Assembly (NCBI GenBank): GCA_052327205.1
Contig: CM126224.1
Span: 18,042,001 to 18,106,000 of the forward strand
DNA from: Somniosus microcephalus
Taxonomy: Eukaryota
DNA: 64,000 bases
Direction: 5' to 3'
The position numbers and the translations under genes were made by a program. Under the pieces are notes generated by a model that searched no databases, was not told the origin of the DNA, and saw only the letters and a program-made list of their open reading frames with translations. The stretch's first letter is position 1; each line of letters begins with the position of its first letter. Shown here piece by piece: positions 1-12,800 of the stretch.

Positions 1-1436
1 TTAGAAAGTATTAAATAAAATTCACAACATATCAGTAACGGGTTAAGGAGCTGCTTTACCGTCCAAAATTCAGAACCCGAGATGGACCAATGATTCTAGC
101 CAACATGGGATGTGAAAGATTAATTTCATTGTAGAATGGTCAAAAAAAATGCTGAGAGAAGTCTGTTACCATCACTTTGTTTGGTCTGTGTGATGCACAA
201 AAAAGGTACAAATGCCCAAAATGTTATGCAAGTTTGTGGAGGCTGCTGAAACTAGGGTGGTATAACTTTTCCTTCCTTCCTCATTTTAACAATTAATTTT
301 GGATCACCTGGTAATGCGCAGAATTCTGCGGCAAACATTTTGCATATTTAATAAACATAACTGCATGCACAATTTGACTGCAATACCAGTAACCATTTTG
401 TTCCTATTCTCCTGAAGGTGTTGATTCATCCTGGGGTATACTTCCGATATCTTACTCAAAATGCCGTCGTTCATGCGAGAACCTGGACAGTGACTGCTGC
501 CAGACTAATCAATGATGGAGGTCCACACAACTAAGCCCAGTTGGTCATTTGACATCCCTTTGTACATTGTTCCAACAGAGGTCACGAGATAGAGGTCAGA
601 ACTGGGAACCTTGGGATTGCTCCCCTCCCTCACCTAGGGATATAAAAACTGTGCAGCCATGAGCAGTGCCCAGATCAGCGAACCCAACAGATCCGGGATT
701 GAACCTGGGTCTTTCATGTAAACCTTACACAAACTGAACTCCAAACTACAACCACAGCAGCTGACAGGTCAGAACTTGCTGCCTCTCATATAACATTCAT
801 ACCTCTGTACTTCCATTCCCATGCGAGGTGAAAGTGCAATCTAATCTAACTTCTTTACAACTGCTGCCTGTTTTGTCCAGTTAGTTAAAGGAAGGCAATA
901 TTCAAATAAGGCAAGTTGAACAGCGTCAGTTTCACCATCTTTCCACCCCCAAGGAACACCCTTTTACCACCGAGTAGGTAAAATGCACAACCATGAAAAT
1001 TCTGTTTCAAGCAACAGGCAACCGTAGACCTCAAATTAGTTATCGCCCATTCGGTCAGTTGAGCGACAGTTACCCAAACAAGTGATTGAGCCACCGGCGC
1101 TCATTTTCCTGTGGGAGGAAGGCAGAAAACGGGAGCAATCGTCATCTTGCTCGAATCATTCCTGACTTTAATCAACTGATCCCTGCTTTGTACCAACTTC
1201 CAACTGCAGTAATTTAAACAAAGGCATCATGCTCAATGCTGCCTAAACAAAACTAATCTGACAAAAAACGTTATGCTTGGATTGATATTTCTATTCAACT
1301 GGGGCAGGTTAACTAGGATTTGGATCCGCTGAGAGTTTAATCTGTTCTCTTATTTGTTCAAAATGCTCAGAACCCAGTTTTCCAGAAAGAAGTTTGGTAA
1401 TTAAATGCCACTAAAATGTCATTTTTTTAAACCAAT

Positions 1437-1442
1437 TTTATT
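1437..1442 (-). terminator. Candidate SETX polyadenylation signal AATAAA (alternatives at 1858-1863 and 2550-2555)
   Basis: AATAAA hexamers on the minus strand in AT-rich sequence downstream of the stop codon; the site actually used cannot be determined from sequence. Confidence 0.35.
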
Positions 1443-3080
1443 AAGTAAAAAAGAAAATGTTCAACATATTTTAGTGTCTGCATTACTCTACTGGGTGAGT
1501 AGAGTGGAGGGGAAAAAAAGTCACAAATATCCTGACTGCAAACATGAAGGTCTGCTTTATACAATGCCCAACAGTACAAGTTCGGTCTCATTCATTTTGT
1601 GAAACCAGTAACCCTGACATCCTATCATTTTGACCCAGTGTTATGAACCTTCAGAAGGAATGCTGCAGATGACGAGCCTTTTCTATTAGCACACTTTACT
1701 GCAGTACTGCATCAGTTCAGGACTTGTATATAATATATACATATATAAAAAACCACTGTACAGTAATTACATTTCCAAAAAAATAACCCACTGGGCAAAT
1801 CCAAAAAGGTGTGCACTGTAGATTATACTTTAAGATCCATTGAGCATTGGGACTTATTTTATTATACATACAGATGCCTGGCCAGTTGCTATTTTGCTGC
1901 AATTAAGATGTGGGTCTCTGATATATACATACTGCCTACAACACTAACTGGTGTGTATGCAGTCGAATGGATATTATCCATCTCACTGGCACAAAACTGT
2001 TTGTAGCTGAATAAAGTGCCCTCCAGATAATACAGATCCACCATCCCCTTTGCACTTCTGACTAATTTTTTGTTCAAAAACAGTTTCAAACCCATGTGAC
2101 GGCCTGTAAATAAAATGCACATATGGGGATGAAACGCCAAAGAGAATTATATAACAAAAGAGACATTCACGATAGCAAAAAAGAGACATTCACGATGGCC
2201 AGAAATCAGTTTCTAAAGAGTCATAGCTGAGTGGTGGAAGGGTTAAACTGCAGTCATTCTACCACCCCAACTATTAAAAACCAACCCTTTTTAAATCAAG
2301 TATGTGAAAGGGCAAAATGTGAATTCCAGTCTTACTATTCCACTTCAAACTCCTGGTAAATGCTGCAGAGTTCAGGGGAAATGTGTAAAATAAATGTGGT
2401 TGATAAACATGGTTAAAATCTCAGGGACTGTTTCTAGATACCATGATCCACGCTAAGAAGGGCTGACTTCTTAAACCTAGTGACTAAGTGAGATCAGACT
2501 GGAATTGTGTGTCGGCTGCAACTAAAAATTCTATTTTAGTCACAAAATATTTATTTAAATACTGAATGCAAAGGCACAGCATGCTGGTGCTTCAGTGCAA
2601 GTGGTACAATGTTTGCAGTTCCTATATAGTCAATTCTTGGCCATGCCATCCAGGGAAGATGCTAAACAAGCAGCCAGGGACTTCCATCAAACTACCCCGT
2701 TTTTTTCTGTATTGGGACAGTCCCCATGGGCTACTTTCTTTTGCACATATTCAAGTGACCAGTCAGAAAGCAGCATTGACAGAGGCCTTGAAGCAGGTTA
2801 CCTACCTGCCCTTGGTCGGGGAAGGGGGGGGGAAACGGGAGAAGAGTCGAGAATATAAAATAAAGCAGTGCAGCTTATTTTCAATAAAACAGTAAAAATA
2901 AACAATGCACCGCTATAGACACTAAACCAAAAGAAATTGTCTATAAACATTAGTTATATAATTTGTACATTAACCACTGCTTCAGTATTATATTCAAAAC
3001 ACATTTTGTACCAGCTGTACCAGATAACATTAAGAGTCAAATAAATGTGTGAAGAGACAAGTTCTTAACCCATAATCTTT

Positions 3081-3836
3081 TCATTTCCGTCTCCGTTTTT
3101 GTTCTCCATATACATCGTCTTTATCCTTTCCTATGTGTCTCCTGGAACCTGGACAGTTGCTGAACCCGTATACCGTATCTTTACCATTTCCATACACAGA
3201 GGTCCCAGAAGGAACCATCAAACTTCTGTTGGGAGTAGAAGTATCAAGTTTATCAGCACCAGCCCTTGAAAGAGAATTTCCTGTAACCTGACCAAAGTGT
3301 GAAGAATGAGTAGCACCATGCCCACTACTGGATGCAGATGAATCTGGTGGATTGACTACACGAGACTCTGAAGGAGTTTGATTGGCTTTTAATTGTGGCC
3401 GCGTCTCCTTGAGCAAAGCTTCTGCTCTTCGGGCCAGTCTTGGATCCTTAAGTCTAGCCTGAGCAGACGACTCTGACCTAACTGAAGTCTGAGGCTGTAC
3501 AGTAACAGAAGCTTGAGTCCTATGGAACTGATGGAGTGCTGAAACTGCTGGGTGAGAAGGGATTGGTGCTTTTGGGATCTGCCCACTGCTGACATCAGCC
3601 ACTCGATGTGTAGCAGTTTTGGAGCTTAAACTTTCATTCCAGGACATTTTCCGAGAGAGATCAGAAACCAATTTCCCTTCACCTATTAATGCACCCGGAT
3701 CAGAACTGTTTCTGTAGAGAGCGGGCCTGGGTTTCATAATTTTTTGACAGACCTTCTTATATTCACTTTCACATGTTTTCACTATGGCTCCTCTCCTCTG
3801 TGCATCCTGAATCAAAGCATTCCAGTCTTTATTTTC
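3081..3836 (-). CDS. SETX: SETX last coding exon (C-terminal tail ending in basic NLS-like KRRRK)
   Basis: ttttag|[16 protein letters not shown]...EQKRRRK-TGA, 756 nt. Confidence 0.93.
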   Translation of the reverse strand, partial: ENKDWNALIQDAQRRGAIVKTCESEYKKVCQKIMKPRPALYRNSSDPGALIGEGKLVSDLSRKMSWNESLSSKTATHRVADVSSGQIPKAPIPSHPAVSALHQFHRTQASVTVQPQTSVRSESSAQARLKDPRLARRAEALLKETRPQLKANQTPSESRVVNPPDSSASSSGHGATHSSHFGQVTGNSLSRAGADKLDTSTPNRSLMVPSGTSVYGNGKDTVYGFSNCPGSRRHIGKDKDDVYGEQKRRRK

Positions 3837-6800
3837 CTAAAATACACAAGGGAAAATATACAGAGTGAAAAAGGCAGGCATCACAAGTGCAAATTTCCCC
3901 CTTCACACTTCTAATGGACAAACTCATTCTTGAAAGGCAAAATGCTTATTCTTTACAAAGCTCACAATATTGCTAATATTTGTGAAGCCAGTTATTCTGG
4001 CTGTGTGTCAAGTTTTGGCATTAACAGTTCTAACAATTAAAACATTACATTAGCAAAGCATTACAGCAATGTTGGGCAGCTAAATACTCTGCAATTTGAG
4101 ATGTGGCAGTGGTACTACTCAGGCAAGCAGAGTCACAGTGGTTGACAGACCCACTTCTCTCTCTCTCTCACTCACTCTCCCTTCTTCCTCATCGGTTACT
4201 GCAATCTTATGGCTGATCTTTCCTACTCTCCCCGGCACCCTTTAATCTCTCAACTTTTTCTTTGAAACCCAAGTTTGGTGACACATAAGCCAATCACTTC
4301 ATGATTTATCTCGTCTTCTCCTTTCAGTTGTAGTGGCATCATATACTTGGTCTTGGCCCCATAAAACATTTTGTTAATGGAGCAGCTAAAACAGTTGCTC
4401 TCTTGAAAAAAGGATAACATATGGATGCGTATAAAACTTCGATAAATCTTTAAAAACATGCAGGAAAATAGCGTGTCATACAGAGGTTACTTCTCCATTA
4501 ATAATCGAGTAGGGTATATTGGAAAGTATTATAGTAAGGCCACTAAAGTAACAGTTTTAGAACAGTTCATTGAAAAAAATATTCAATTATTGGTTTTGAA
4601 TTATTGATATTGCCCTGACTGCGAACTCAACTGCTCAGCATAGTTCCCGTAAAATCGTAAGTGATCAATACTTAATGACGAACCATGAGTGTTTTAAGAT
4701 GTCCCAGAATGAAGAGACTAAATCGAGCTCGGGTAATTGTAACATTCATTCTCTGCCGGTCTGCTAAGAACCTGGAAAAGGGTCAAACATATTAACAAAA
4801 AACATCAGTAACATTGCTTCTTTTAACTCAATACAAACCACACATCTATACACAAATACAAAAGTTTTTAAACTGGGGTTTCTGGACCCTAGTGGCTCCA
4901 TAAGGTGTTCAAGATTTGTGTATTTGTTTATTTATCACATCAGATGCTAGTAAAACATTTTCTGCAGCAATAGTTTTCCTTTGGAAAGTTGACGCCATCT
5001 TTCCAAAGTTAGGAGAGGCCATTCCTGGGAGTGTGTCAATATTTGCGGGGTGAGGGAGGGAGTTCGTGCGTGCACGCGAGAGGGAGCGCGCAAGTGAGAT
5101 ACAAAACCTCAAGATGATTTCCAAGGATCTGTTTCTCATTTTACAATCACAGCTTCCTAACCTTCTCCGGTGAAGAAGGGTCCATAAAGATGAGTCGGAG
5201 AAATTTTAAAAAAAAAGAAAGAAATCTAACTGTAAAGTGATGGGGAGCAGGTGGGGCCAAACCGTAACAAATCAAAGAAAATCCACTTCACCCAATAGTT
5301 CCTTGAAGGTTGTTTGCCCTGACACAGGTAACGATGATACAATCCTTCTCACATCCTTGGAACCCATCCACTGTGCCTACCTGCACCGACCTGGAAGAGA
5401 GGAAAAAAACTTGCGTTAAACTTATTACATATTTTCCCCTTTGACATTAAAACACCATAATCATGGCTACCCATAAAATAAAGGTCAACTGGGTGGCAGA
5501 CATATGAATTCTGAATTGTAAATGGGTTCATATTTCTGTCTAACCCAGCAGATCTGTGGAAAATAGATACTGCTCCTCCCAGACAATTTTATTTTTGTTT
5601 TTCCCCCTCTTACTCCTGGCTGGGGTGCAACTGAACTGACACCAGGCACCTTACCGCATTAGCCACTGACCATTATTTATGTGTAAGCCTCAACATTCAG
5701 TATTGGAAAGCTATTTTGAGGGTGAGAGGCACCATAGCTGAGGCTGATTGTGTCCTCGCCCAACCTCAACATACTTCCAAGCAGGAGCCACTGGAAAGGG
5801 ACCAGAAACAGAAATTCTGGTCCGTTTTGCCTTCCTTAACTCAGAGGTGCGGAGATCAATTATAATGCCTCTATTATCGCCCTCCCTGGTCAGTATTTTT
5901 CAGCTTTCAAAGGATAAACTCAGAGCTATCCAGAGAGCTATGAAGATTGTTTTTGAGTCATACCTAACCTTCGCTTTACAAGACTTCATTTTCACTGACT
6001 TGCATTTGAAGTGAGCTTTTTACATTGAGGAAAGTTTGGTCTAATTTCAGTTAGGCTGCTGTAGAGAGTTGAGCATCTGATTGTAACCAGAGGGAAAACC
6101 AGCAAGACACAATCTTTTACAAATGTGCACCTCCTAGTGGGGATCATGAGCTAAACTGCTTTCCTGTCATTTAATGAGACACGTAGGACAGCACTTCCGA
6201 GACCAGATTTGTCAAATTACAGCAACCTAGACGGCACATGCGTTTTGTAAAACAGTCCAGGAAACTGGCTTCTAGTTGCATTATAGCCGATCATCACTTT
6301 CATAAATCTTGGCCCGGACAAGAGCGCCATTGGCGGAGTCTCGCCACAGGTTGGTTACCTACCCACTCAGCCAAGAGGTAGAGAAAACAACACTGCAAAA
6401 AATGAGGGAGAGATAACTCTGCAAATGCCAGAACACATTGAGGTCAGTTTTAATTTTTCATATTAACATTAATGCGAAAGGCATTTTACTGACTTGCCAA
6501 ATCCTAAATGTTAGATGTCTGCATGCATATTGGTGTCTCCATCTCTTATTACTACAGTTTCAAACCATAAAATGTTGTCCAAGACAGCCTGGGAGCAGGC
6601 ATTTTGTAAAACTTCTCTTGCTCTGACATCATGAATGGGGATGCTGTCCATACACCAGGGTGCAAGTCCTCAGGAGCTGCACAATGCATGCCATGGAACC
6701 TCGGAGGCCATATGTAAAGTTTAAATCCATATTCCATTCATTTGTGTACATCTCAAGCTGCCGATACGAACAGATCTTGGTGTTTTTAATTACGATTTAA

Positions 6801-9800
6801 GTATTAACAAGGCAAACCACAAAAAAAGCTTTTTCCAAACTTCCGGGCTCACAAAGACCAGCATAGAAGAAATATAAACGCCAATAGGAATGGCTTGCCT
6901 GGGCTACGAAGGCCGGATATAACCAGTACAGGAAACTTTGTGCTATCCGGCACCCACGGGACCGAGCTGCTGCCGTTGCCTCAAAACTTCCGGATAGAGC
7001 AGCGTCAATGTTATCAGATAGGAGCTTTTCATCTCCGTATCTGACAACAAAGACTGTTGCTTAGCAACAGCTTGTCAACACTCGGCCCGTGGCTTGGAAG
7101 CATGTCTGAAGCTGTTGCTAAGATACAGAGACACCTTCCAGAACCTGCCGTATCTGACCACAAACATTGTTGCTCAGCAACAGCTTGTAAACACTCGGCC
7201 CAGTAGCTTGGAAGCGTCTCTGAAGCTGTTGCTAAGCTACAAAGACGCTTTCCAGAGCCTGCCTGTGAAAAGAATGCTAGAAGAAAAAAAACCTAACCAA
7301 AACGGCTGCTGATTTCTGCCGTTAGATCGAAGCTGCCGGACATTCAACCTCCGGATAGTACAAAGTTTCCTGTACTTGGAAGTTGCGTGTGACCCATGGG
7401 GCGCAGTTTGGATATGTGTGTTATAAATCATCATTCCTATTTACACAAGATCAGTAGCAGGAATTGGGATTAAATATACAGCAGCCAACAAAGCAGCAGA
7501 GCAGGCTCGATGGGCCAAGTCGTCTACTCTTATTCCTATGTTCTTTTGCTGGTGCACAGCACCATCTCCAGGCAACACTATTAGTGCTATAAGGCTGAAC
7601 TTGAAGCCAGAGATGTAATTTAATGAATGTGTGTGTAATAAAGGATCAGTCAGAAAAAAAAAGTTTCATCATGCAAGGTTTCCGATTATCAACCCTTCAC
7701 ATACCTGCCTTGTTCAAATCCAGCCCTCTTACACTCTTGCTCAATCTGATTTATGATTCCCCGTTTCTGTGCATTATAGGGTGTGATCACTCCAATATTA
7801 CGACAAATCCCTTTTTGTTTCTCAGCAATCAGACTGATTAAAGCTATTACCAGTTTCACTTCCTGTGGGTTGGAATAAGAGCTGTAACAAAGAGGTGGAA
7901 TGAAGGTGAGATACAAAGGACATGGAGAAGCATGTTATGCCCTGTTTATGAATGCAATCAACAGTTTTCCAATAGCTCCAGAAGATTTCACATTAAATTA
8001 CCAGCCGTACAGTGGTGACTAAATAATTCCCTCTGCTTGTGCCATCAATGACTACTGCATTCCCAAATATAGTCAAAGAAAATATACAGAACTGAGATTT
8101 AAAATGATAATTAGCTAGTAGCGACACACCAAGTATATTCTACAGACCTGAAACATTAACAGTTTCTCTCCCCACAGATGCTACCTGGCCTGCTGAGTAT
8201 TTCCAGCATTTTCAGTTTATATTTCAGATTTCTAGCAGCCACAGTATTTTGCCTTTGTATTAGTGTTTAATTTGCTGCCGCCTCTCTTGCAGGAATGCCC
8301 ACTTTGAAGAAGTTCTGCTCTTCTCTCAGGCGGGATTTCCATTTGCCTCTTTTCTGAACTTGTTCTTACATTGAACAACAGCTTCTTTCACTTCCTCCAA
8401 ATAAAAGGTGTTGCTGTGGGACTTCGTATAGACCCTGGCTAAGCCTGCCAGTTCATGGGATACGTGGAGCATTTTTTGTTCTAGACATACTCAGGTCCCC
8501 TTCCACTCCTTTTTCCAGTACATTGATGACTGTATCGGTGCCACTTCCTGCTCTCACCCGAACTGGAAAATGTCATCAACTTTGCTTCCAATTTCCATCC
8601 CTCCCTCACCTTCACATGGTCCGTCTCGGACTCTCCCCTTTCCTATCTCCACTTCTGGGAATAGGCTGTCAACCAATGTCTACTACAGGAAACTTTCGAT
8701 TAACCGGCCCCTAAATAACCGGAAATGTCGGTTAACCGGCAAAATTCAGGAGTCGGTTCAGGTAACTTTTATTACTTGCACAGCAACAAATGGAGGAAGG
8801 CAAGGGTTTGGCTGCAGCTGTTGCTAAGCTACAGAGATGCTCGCAACTTGTGGGCGTTGTTCTGAAGCTGTTGCTAAGCAACAGGGTATGTTGCTTCATA
8901 CGGAGTTCTAAGGTCCGTATCTTTTACTATAGCGTTCGGTTATCCGGAGTTGATGATGAACCGGCACCACATCGGTCCCATCCGTGCCGGATACCAGAAA
9001 GTTTCCTGTATAAACCCACCGACTCCCAGCTACCTTGATTACACTTCCTCCCACCCTACTTCTTGTAAGGACTATTCCATTCTCCCAGTTACTCAGTTTC
9101 CATCGCATCTGTTCTGACGATGCCACCTTCCAGACCAGTGCTTCCAATATATGTCTTCCTTTTTCCTCAACCGTGTATTCCCCACCATTGTGGTTGACGT
9201 GGCCCTCGACCGTGTTCATCCCATTTCCCACACTTCTGCTCTCACCCCTTCCCCTCCCTTCCAGAACCACGATAGGGTCCCCCTTGTCCTCACCTTTCAA
9301 CCCACCAGCCTCCAAATTCAACAGATCATCCTCTGTCATTTCTGCCACCTCCAGCAAATACATCTCTCCCTACCCCACACCCCCCTTTCAGCACCTTCCC
9401 ATGCAAGCGCAGGAGATGCAACACCTGCCCTTTTACCTCCTCCCTTCCCACCGTCCAGGAACCCAAACACTCCCAGGTGAAACAGCAATTTACTTGTGCT
9501 TTCAATTTAGTATATTGTATTTGCTCACTCACGATGCGGTCTCCTCTACACTGGGGATACCAAATGCAGATTGGGTGATTGCTTTGCTGAACACCTCCAT
9601 TCAGGAGGCAAGCATGGCCCTTAGCTTCCGGTCGCTTGCCATTTTAATTCTCGTCCCACTCTGACCTCTGTCCTTGGCTTCCTACACTGTTCCTGAAGCT
9701 CAATGGAAGCTCGAGGAACAGCACCTGATCTTTCGATTAGGCACTTTACAGCCTTCCGGACTCAACACCGAGTTCAACAATTTCAGACCATAACCACTGC

Positions 9801-12800
9801 TCCCATTTTTTCCTTCCAAACAGCAGGTGCTGGTAATGATTCTATTCATTAAATCCCTCCTGCCTTCCACCCTATTACAGGCCTTCCCCTTTTGTTCTTT
9901 CCTCCCTTTCCCTGCACCTATATTTGTTTAAAACCTGTTACATCTCTAACTTTTTCCAGTTCTGCCGAAAGGTCACAGACCTGAACTGTTAACTCGGTTT
10001 CTCTCTCCACAGATGCGGCCTGACCTGACAGCGCTTTCTGTTTATATTCTAAGCATCCTCAGTTCAGTGGTTGGCCCTATGTTGGGGGGGGGGGGGGGGG
10101 GGGGGTAACACACCACCTGATATGATCCTGAGTAACACAGACCATAAAGCTCGAGAGTTTGATTCTAGGTCTATGCTGAATTAGCCGAGGTGGCAGGAGC
10201 TCTGCTAAATTGGCCGTAGCCTGTCTGGGCTGGTTGGGGGTGGGGGGGGGGGGAGGTTTAAACAGAAAAGACGACTTCTGTACAGCTGCCAAAAATGTTG
10301 TTTTGGGATTGAGCAGTGGGAAGCATTGGTGGCTTCCGACCCTCCCACAAATCCCACGGGACGAATACCTTGCCTCTATTTGGCACTTCTGTACAACTCT
10401 CTCACAAGGAAATATTATGAAAGCAAATATATGTAAATAACAGACAGTCCTGAAAACAACAATTGTTCTGGTGAGAACTGCTGTGCTCGCCCATCTGCCT
10501 AACACTAGCATCTACTCTTCTGTCGTAGCATGCAACGAATACAAAATAAGAAACACAATGAAAAAAAGTTATCAGGTGTAAAACGCACTCTTTTTCCCGG
10601 TATTCGTATCCGTCAGTCACATCAAACAGCATGTAGGATTGGAAAGGCCAGGTCAGAGAACAACGCTGCATCTCTACCTCTCTGGAAACAGACAAGGGGT
10701 GGGAGGGAGAGGAAAGAGTTGAGGAATAATAATAGCATGAATGCTCTTGCGTGTACACTAAAGCCATTAACATAAAGTTACAACTTATTTCAAAATTCTA
10801 TACAAAAACAGGACTGATTTTGCTGATTACAGTGCTACATTATTTTAGCATTTAAAGCTGCAGCAAATATTTTATTATATACCTATGTTTCAATAGCTTA
10901 ATAGTCCTGACAGACACAGTTTAGTGAGTTCCTCAGAGGGTAAGTCTTCGCTGTGCCAGAAACCAAAGGTCACTGCGCATGCCTTTCGTTTTGGGTCACC
11001 AAGACGACAGGTGAATATCCCATCACAACGGACATTTATTTGCATTAATAGAATAGTAAAATATAAAAGCAGTATCACAGTATACTTTAAATAAATGCTT
11101 TTCTATGTGCCATTTATGGAATGTTATGCAAATTTAGAAGAGGAAGGTCTATATGCATTGAACTCCTCCAAGTGCATGCAATAAACGCATGCAAAATAAA
11201 TTGTTCCAGTTGCTATGATATTCAAAACCCTTCAATGTTGATTTACAACCAGACTTCGTAAAAAAGAAACTGATTTTAAAGTAAATCCCACATTGGCAAG
11301 CCATATTGAAGAATTTGGCCTGCTGTAATTTTATCCCAAAGTAACCTTTGATAGTTTGGCGCAGACGCAAGAGCACGAATCGATCGCTCTAATCGATCTC
11401 TCCATCATTAAGGGCGTTTTATGCTATGAAAGTGCAACTGATGGCAAACGTGCAATTCTCCCGCTGTCACTGCCTTTGGGAATATAAAAAGAGCCAATTT
11501 ATTTTGTGCTGCTGGCAACGGAGAATCACTTTTACACGGTCTTGTGAACTGCTGTTGGATTTGCCGAGTGAGTTTCAGGCTGACATCCGACTGGAGAACT
11601 GTACTGACTGGGAACATAAACAGGGAGAGCACCACCAGAAGATAGGTAGAAGCTCATTCTCGTGAAACCAGAGTAGTACTGTAATGTATAAGAGGCTTAA
11701 TAATCAATGTCGTCTTACTCATCTGTTTTCAACATATTTCCATAAATGTATTTGGAGGGGAACAGGCAGATGTCAGGATGCATCCTGTACTGGGTCAGCA
11801 ACAATGACGCTGGGCTGCGTCCAAAGTTGTTCTGCTTCACTTCGTCTTGCAGGCACTGCTGCAGCCGGCACATCATTGATCGGCCATAGCTCAACTTCCG
11901 TGCTTCCTATAAAAAGGTAAAAGTGTTAATCTTTTTCCAATTGCTTTCCATCTGTGTGAGAGGTCAAGAGTTTTAGCAAGTAAATGACAGAAATGGTACA
12001 CTGGAATACATTTAAAGACTATAAAACATTGAGCAATGGTTTCATTTCAGTAGCACGTACACATCGGCGTGGCACTGTGTTTGGGACTTGAATGGATGCA
12101 GTTCAAGGCAACTGCAGCAAGGACAGATACTTCATGAATTAGATCCTGGTGGTTGTTGGGAACACAGAGACTTGTTAAAACTCTTCCAAGATACCAGTGG
12201 GTAAAGATTTCCCATGACCCTATTGCATTCTCTAATAATGATAGTTCAGGGTGTGATGGTTAATTCTGCACTCAGACACCAAGTATCAATACTTGGCGTG
12301 AGAGAGAACAAACAGGAACAGTGCGTGCTAGTTTTATTTGCTCTGTAGGGACAGGAATGTTCTGATGGTGGGAGGAGCTCAAAGAGAAGGGAATCACTTT
12401 GCATCTTAACAATAAGTCAGAGCAGGTCCCCGGTCTGACTCTTAACTGTAGCTAGTGCATGGCCCAGGGAGAAAATAGATCTAATACTCTCACAGGAAAG
12501 GGAAGAGAAGGAGCAAGAGGGCCACTGGACTGGAAAGGAGAGCAGGAACCAAAGTGGAGGTTGGGGGGGGGAAGGAAATGGAACAAAAATGTGAGATTTT
12601 TTGATCCAGTTACTAGGGGACACTAAAACTATAGCACAAAACTGGCCAAAATTCCTGGCATACAAGAGAAACTCAACAACCATATTTCTAAAGGCATTCT
12701 TACCATGGAGATAATGGTTGGTGGCAATTGCTCAGGGTCTCCAACAAGAATGAGTTTAGGACAACGGTATATCAAAGGAATCAGTATTTCAGTTTCACAT

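Noticed and set aside
400-720. Old SINE-like fragments (also about 5590-5900, 10120-10240 and 29740-29830)
   Set aside because: Too diverged to define boundaries or family by eye; tRNA-like B-box remnants only, no intact tRNA gene.
2156-2196. 18-bp direct repeat aaaagagacattcacgat downstream of the SETX stop (and a 13-bp repeat at 55030-55062)
   Set aside because: Simple slippage duplications; not CRISPR-like and no evidence of function.
6124-6142. CTCF-like motif CCACTAGGAGGTGC (also CCAGCTGGTGGCGC near 41424)
   Set aside because: Mismatches at core positions; such matches are expected by chance in 64 kb.
10084-10105. Long poly-G runs (also 13089-13111 and 32208-32226) as G-quadruplex or R-loop elements
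   Set aside because: Homopolymer expansions, mostly inside repeats, with unreliable length in assemblies.
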